Shown here in pieces: positions 63,301-64,000 of a stretch of DNA of 64,000 nucleotides (positions are counted from its first letter, which is position 1; every line of letters begins with the position of its first letter). Below the pieces are notes generated by a model. The model was not told where the DNA came from and did not search any database. It saw only the letters and a list, made by a program, of their open reading frames with translations. The translations under genes and the position numbers were made by a program. Source of the stretch: Balanoglossus misakiensis (Eukaryota; Animalia; Hemichordata); the NCBI GenBank assembly GCA_040954595.2, contig CM082576.2, forward strand, positions 1,557,403 to 1,621,402. The letters run 5' to 3'.

Positions 63301-64000
63301 TAGAAGATAGATAGAAGGTAGAATTTTTTTTGCAGTGTGGCTGAGAACACTGCCAGCTTAAAAAACTTTTAGGCGCAATATGGATCTGTTAAAAGCAGAT
63401 ATTGAAATAACAATATGTACACACAGTGTTTGTGACTTCATTCACATATTTAATGCATTTGGAGTAATACTAAAGTTCAAGGCAAAATTTGACATTTCTG
63501 TTATCATGTATCAAATACTTCATTTATTAAATTACATATTTATGTCCAAGTTGATATAGCACTGTCAGAAGAGGTTTTAGTTTCAAAGTAATTCATACGG
63601 ACGGACGGTATAACACTTTTAATACATGTAGTAATGCACGCACCTCTGCTTTCCCACAATGCATCAGTGTGACATGTATGTGACCTAAATCTAGCAGAAG
63701 ACTACTCTGTGTAGAGATTGGTAGTTTCTAGTTGTGTGGGTACACTCCCACTTTCTGAATACATGTTGTAGGCAGCTAGTTTGTGTCTGCTGTGATGTGC
63801 TGTGGTGGTAGCTAGATTACGTGTAACACATCAAGACAATGAATACTATTAACCAACCGGTATGGACTGATTTCAATTCTACATCTCATCCACAGGCCGA
63901 TGCTGCCTTGCGGGCCAGCAAGAGTGTCATGGAATTTCAAGCTTTGGCAAAGCGAGATGCAGAGAGGGCCATGGAGGTGGAGTTGGATAAGCTGAAAAAA
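60324..64000 (+). CDS. UGP2: UTP-glucose-1-phosphate uridylyltransferase, 5' part (runs off the window)
   Basis: Exon 60324-60356 MADVTIVDKAE|gtaag splices in phase 0 to 63896 ADAALRASKSVMEFQALAKRDAERAMEVELDKLK. This resembles the animal UGP N-terminal helix (EF...KRDA....E.EL.KL), and the position downstream of MDH1 matches vertebrates. Confidence 0.65.

Overview
AT-rich, intron-dense animal nuclear DNA, probably from a marine invertebrate (species not determinable here). The ORF track mostly shows exon fragments, so genes were rebuilt by hand from GT-AG boundaries and phase. Gene order: GPATCH2-like (+), a spliced YeeE/YedE (TsuA-like) sulfur-transporter gene (-), ATG2 (+), a CYP46-like P450 (-), an unidentified single-pass membrane gene (-), SELENON (-), AP5M1 (+), two tandem coiled-coil paralogs (possibly KNSTRN/SKAP-like, +), GPATCH11 (+), COX20 (-), MDH1 (+) and the 5' end of UGP2 (+). 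There are also several MITEs and a probable LINE remnant. The most notable observations are: (i) a complete selenocysteine-recoding set for SELENON (in-frame TGA, an SRE hairpin brought next to the UGA only by splicing, and a type II SECIS); (ii) an intron-containing animal YeeE/YedE transporter; (iii) MDH1 ending directly in a PTS1-type tripeptide (-AHL) without the vertebrate readthrough context; (iv) a tandem duplicate pair with a divergent exon 1 and a compensated splice-acceptor shift. I see no CRISPR array, rRNA or intact tRNA, and I cannot claim a wholly new system from sequence alone. All protein identifications are by motif recognition, not database search.
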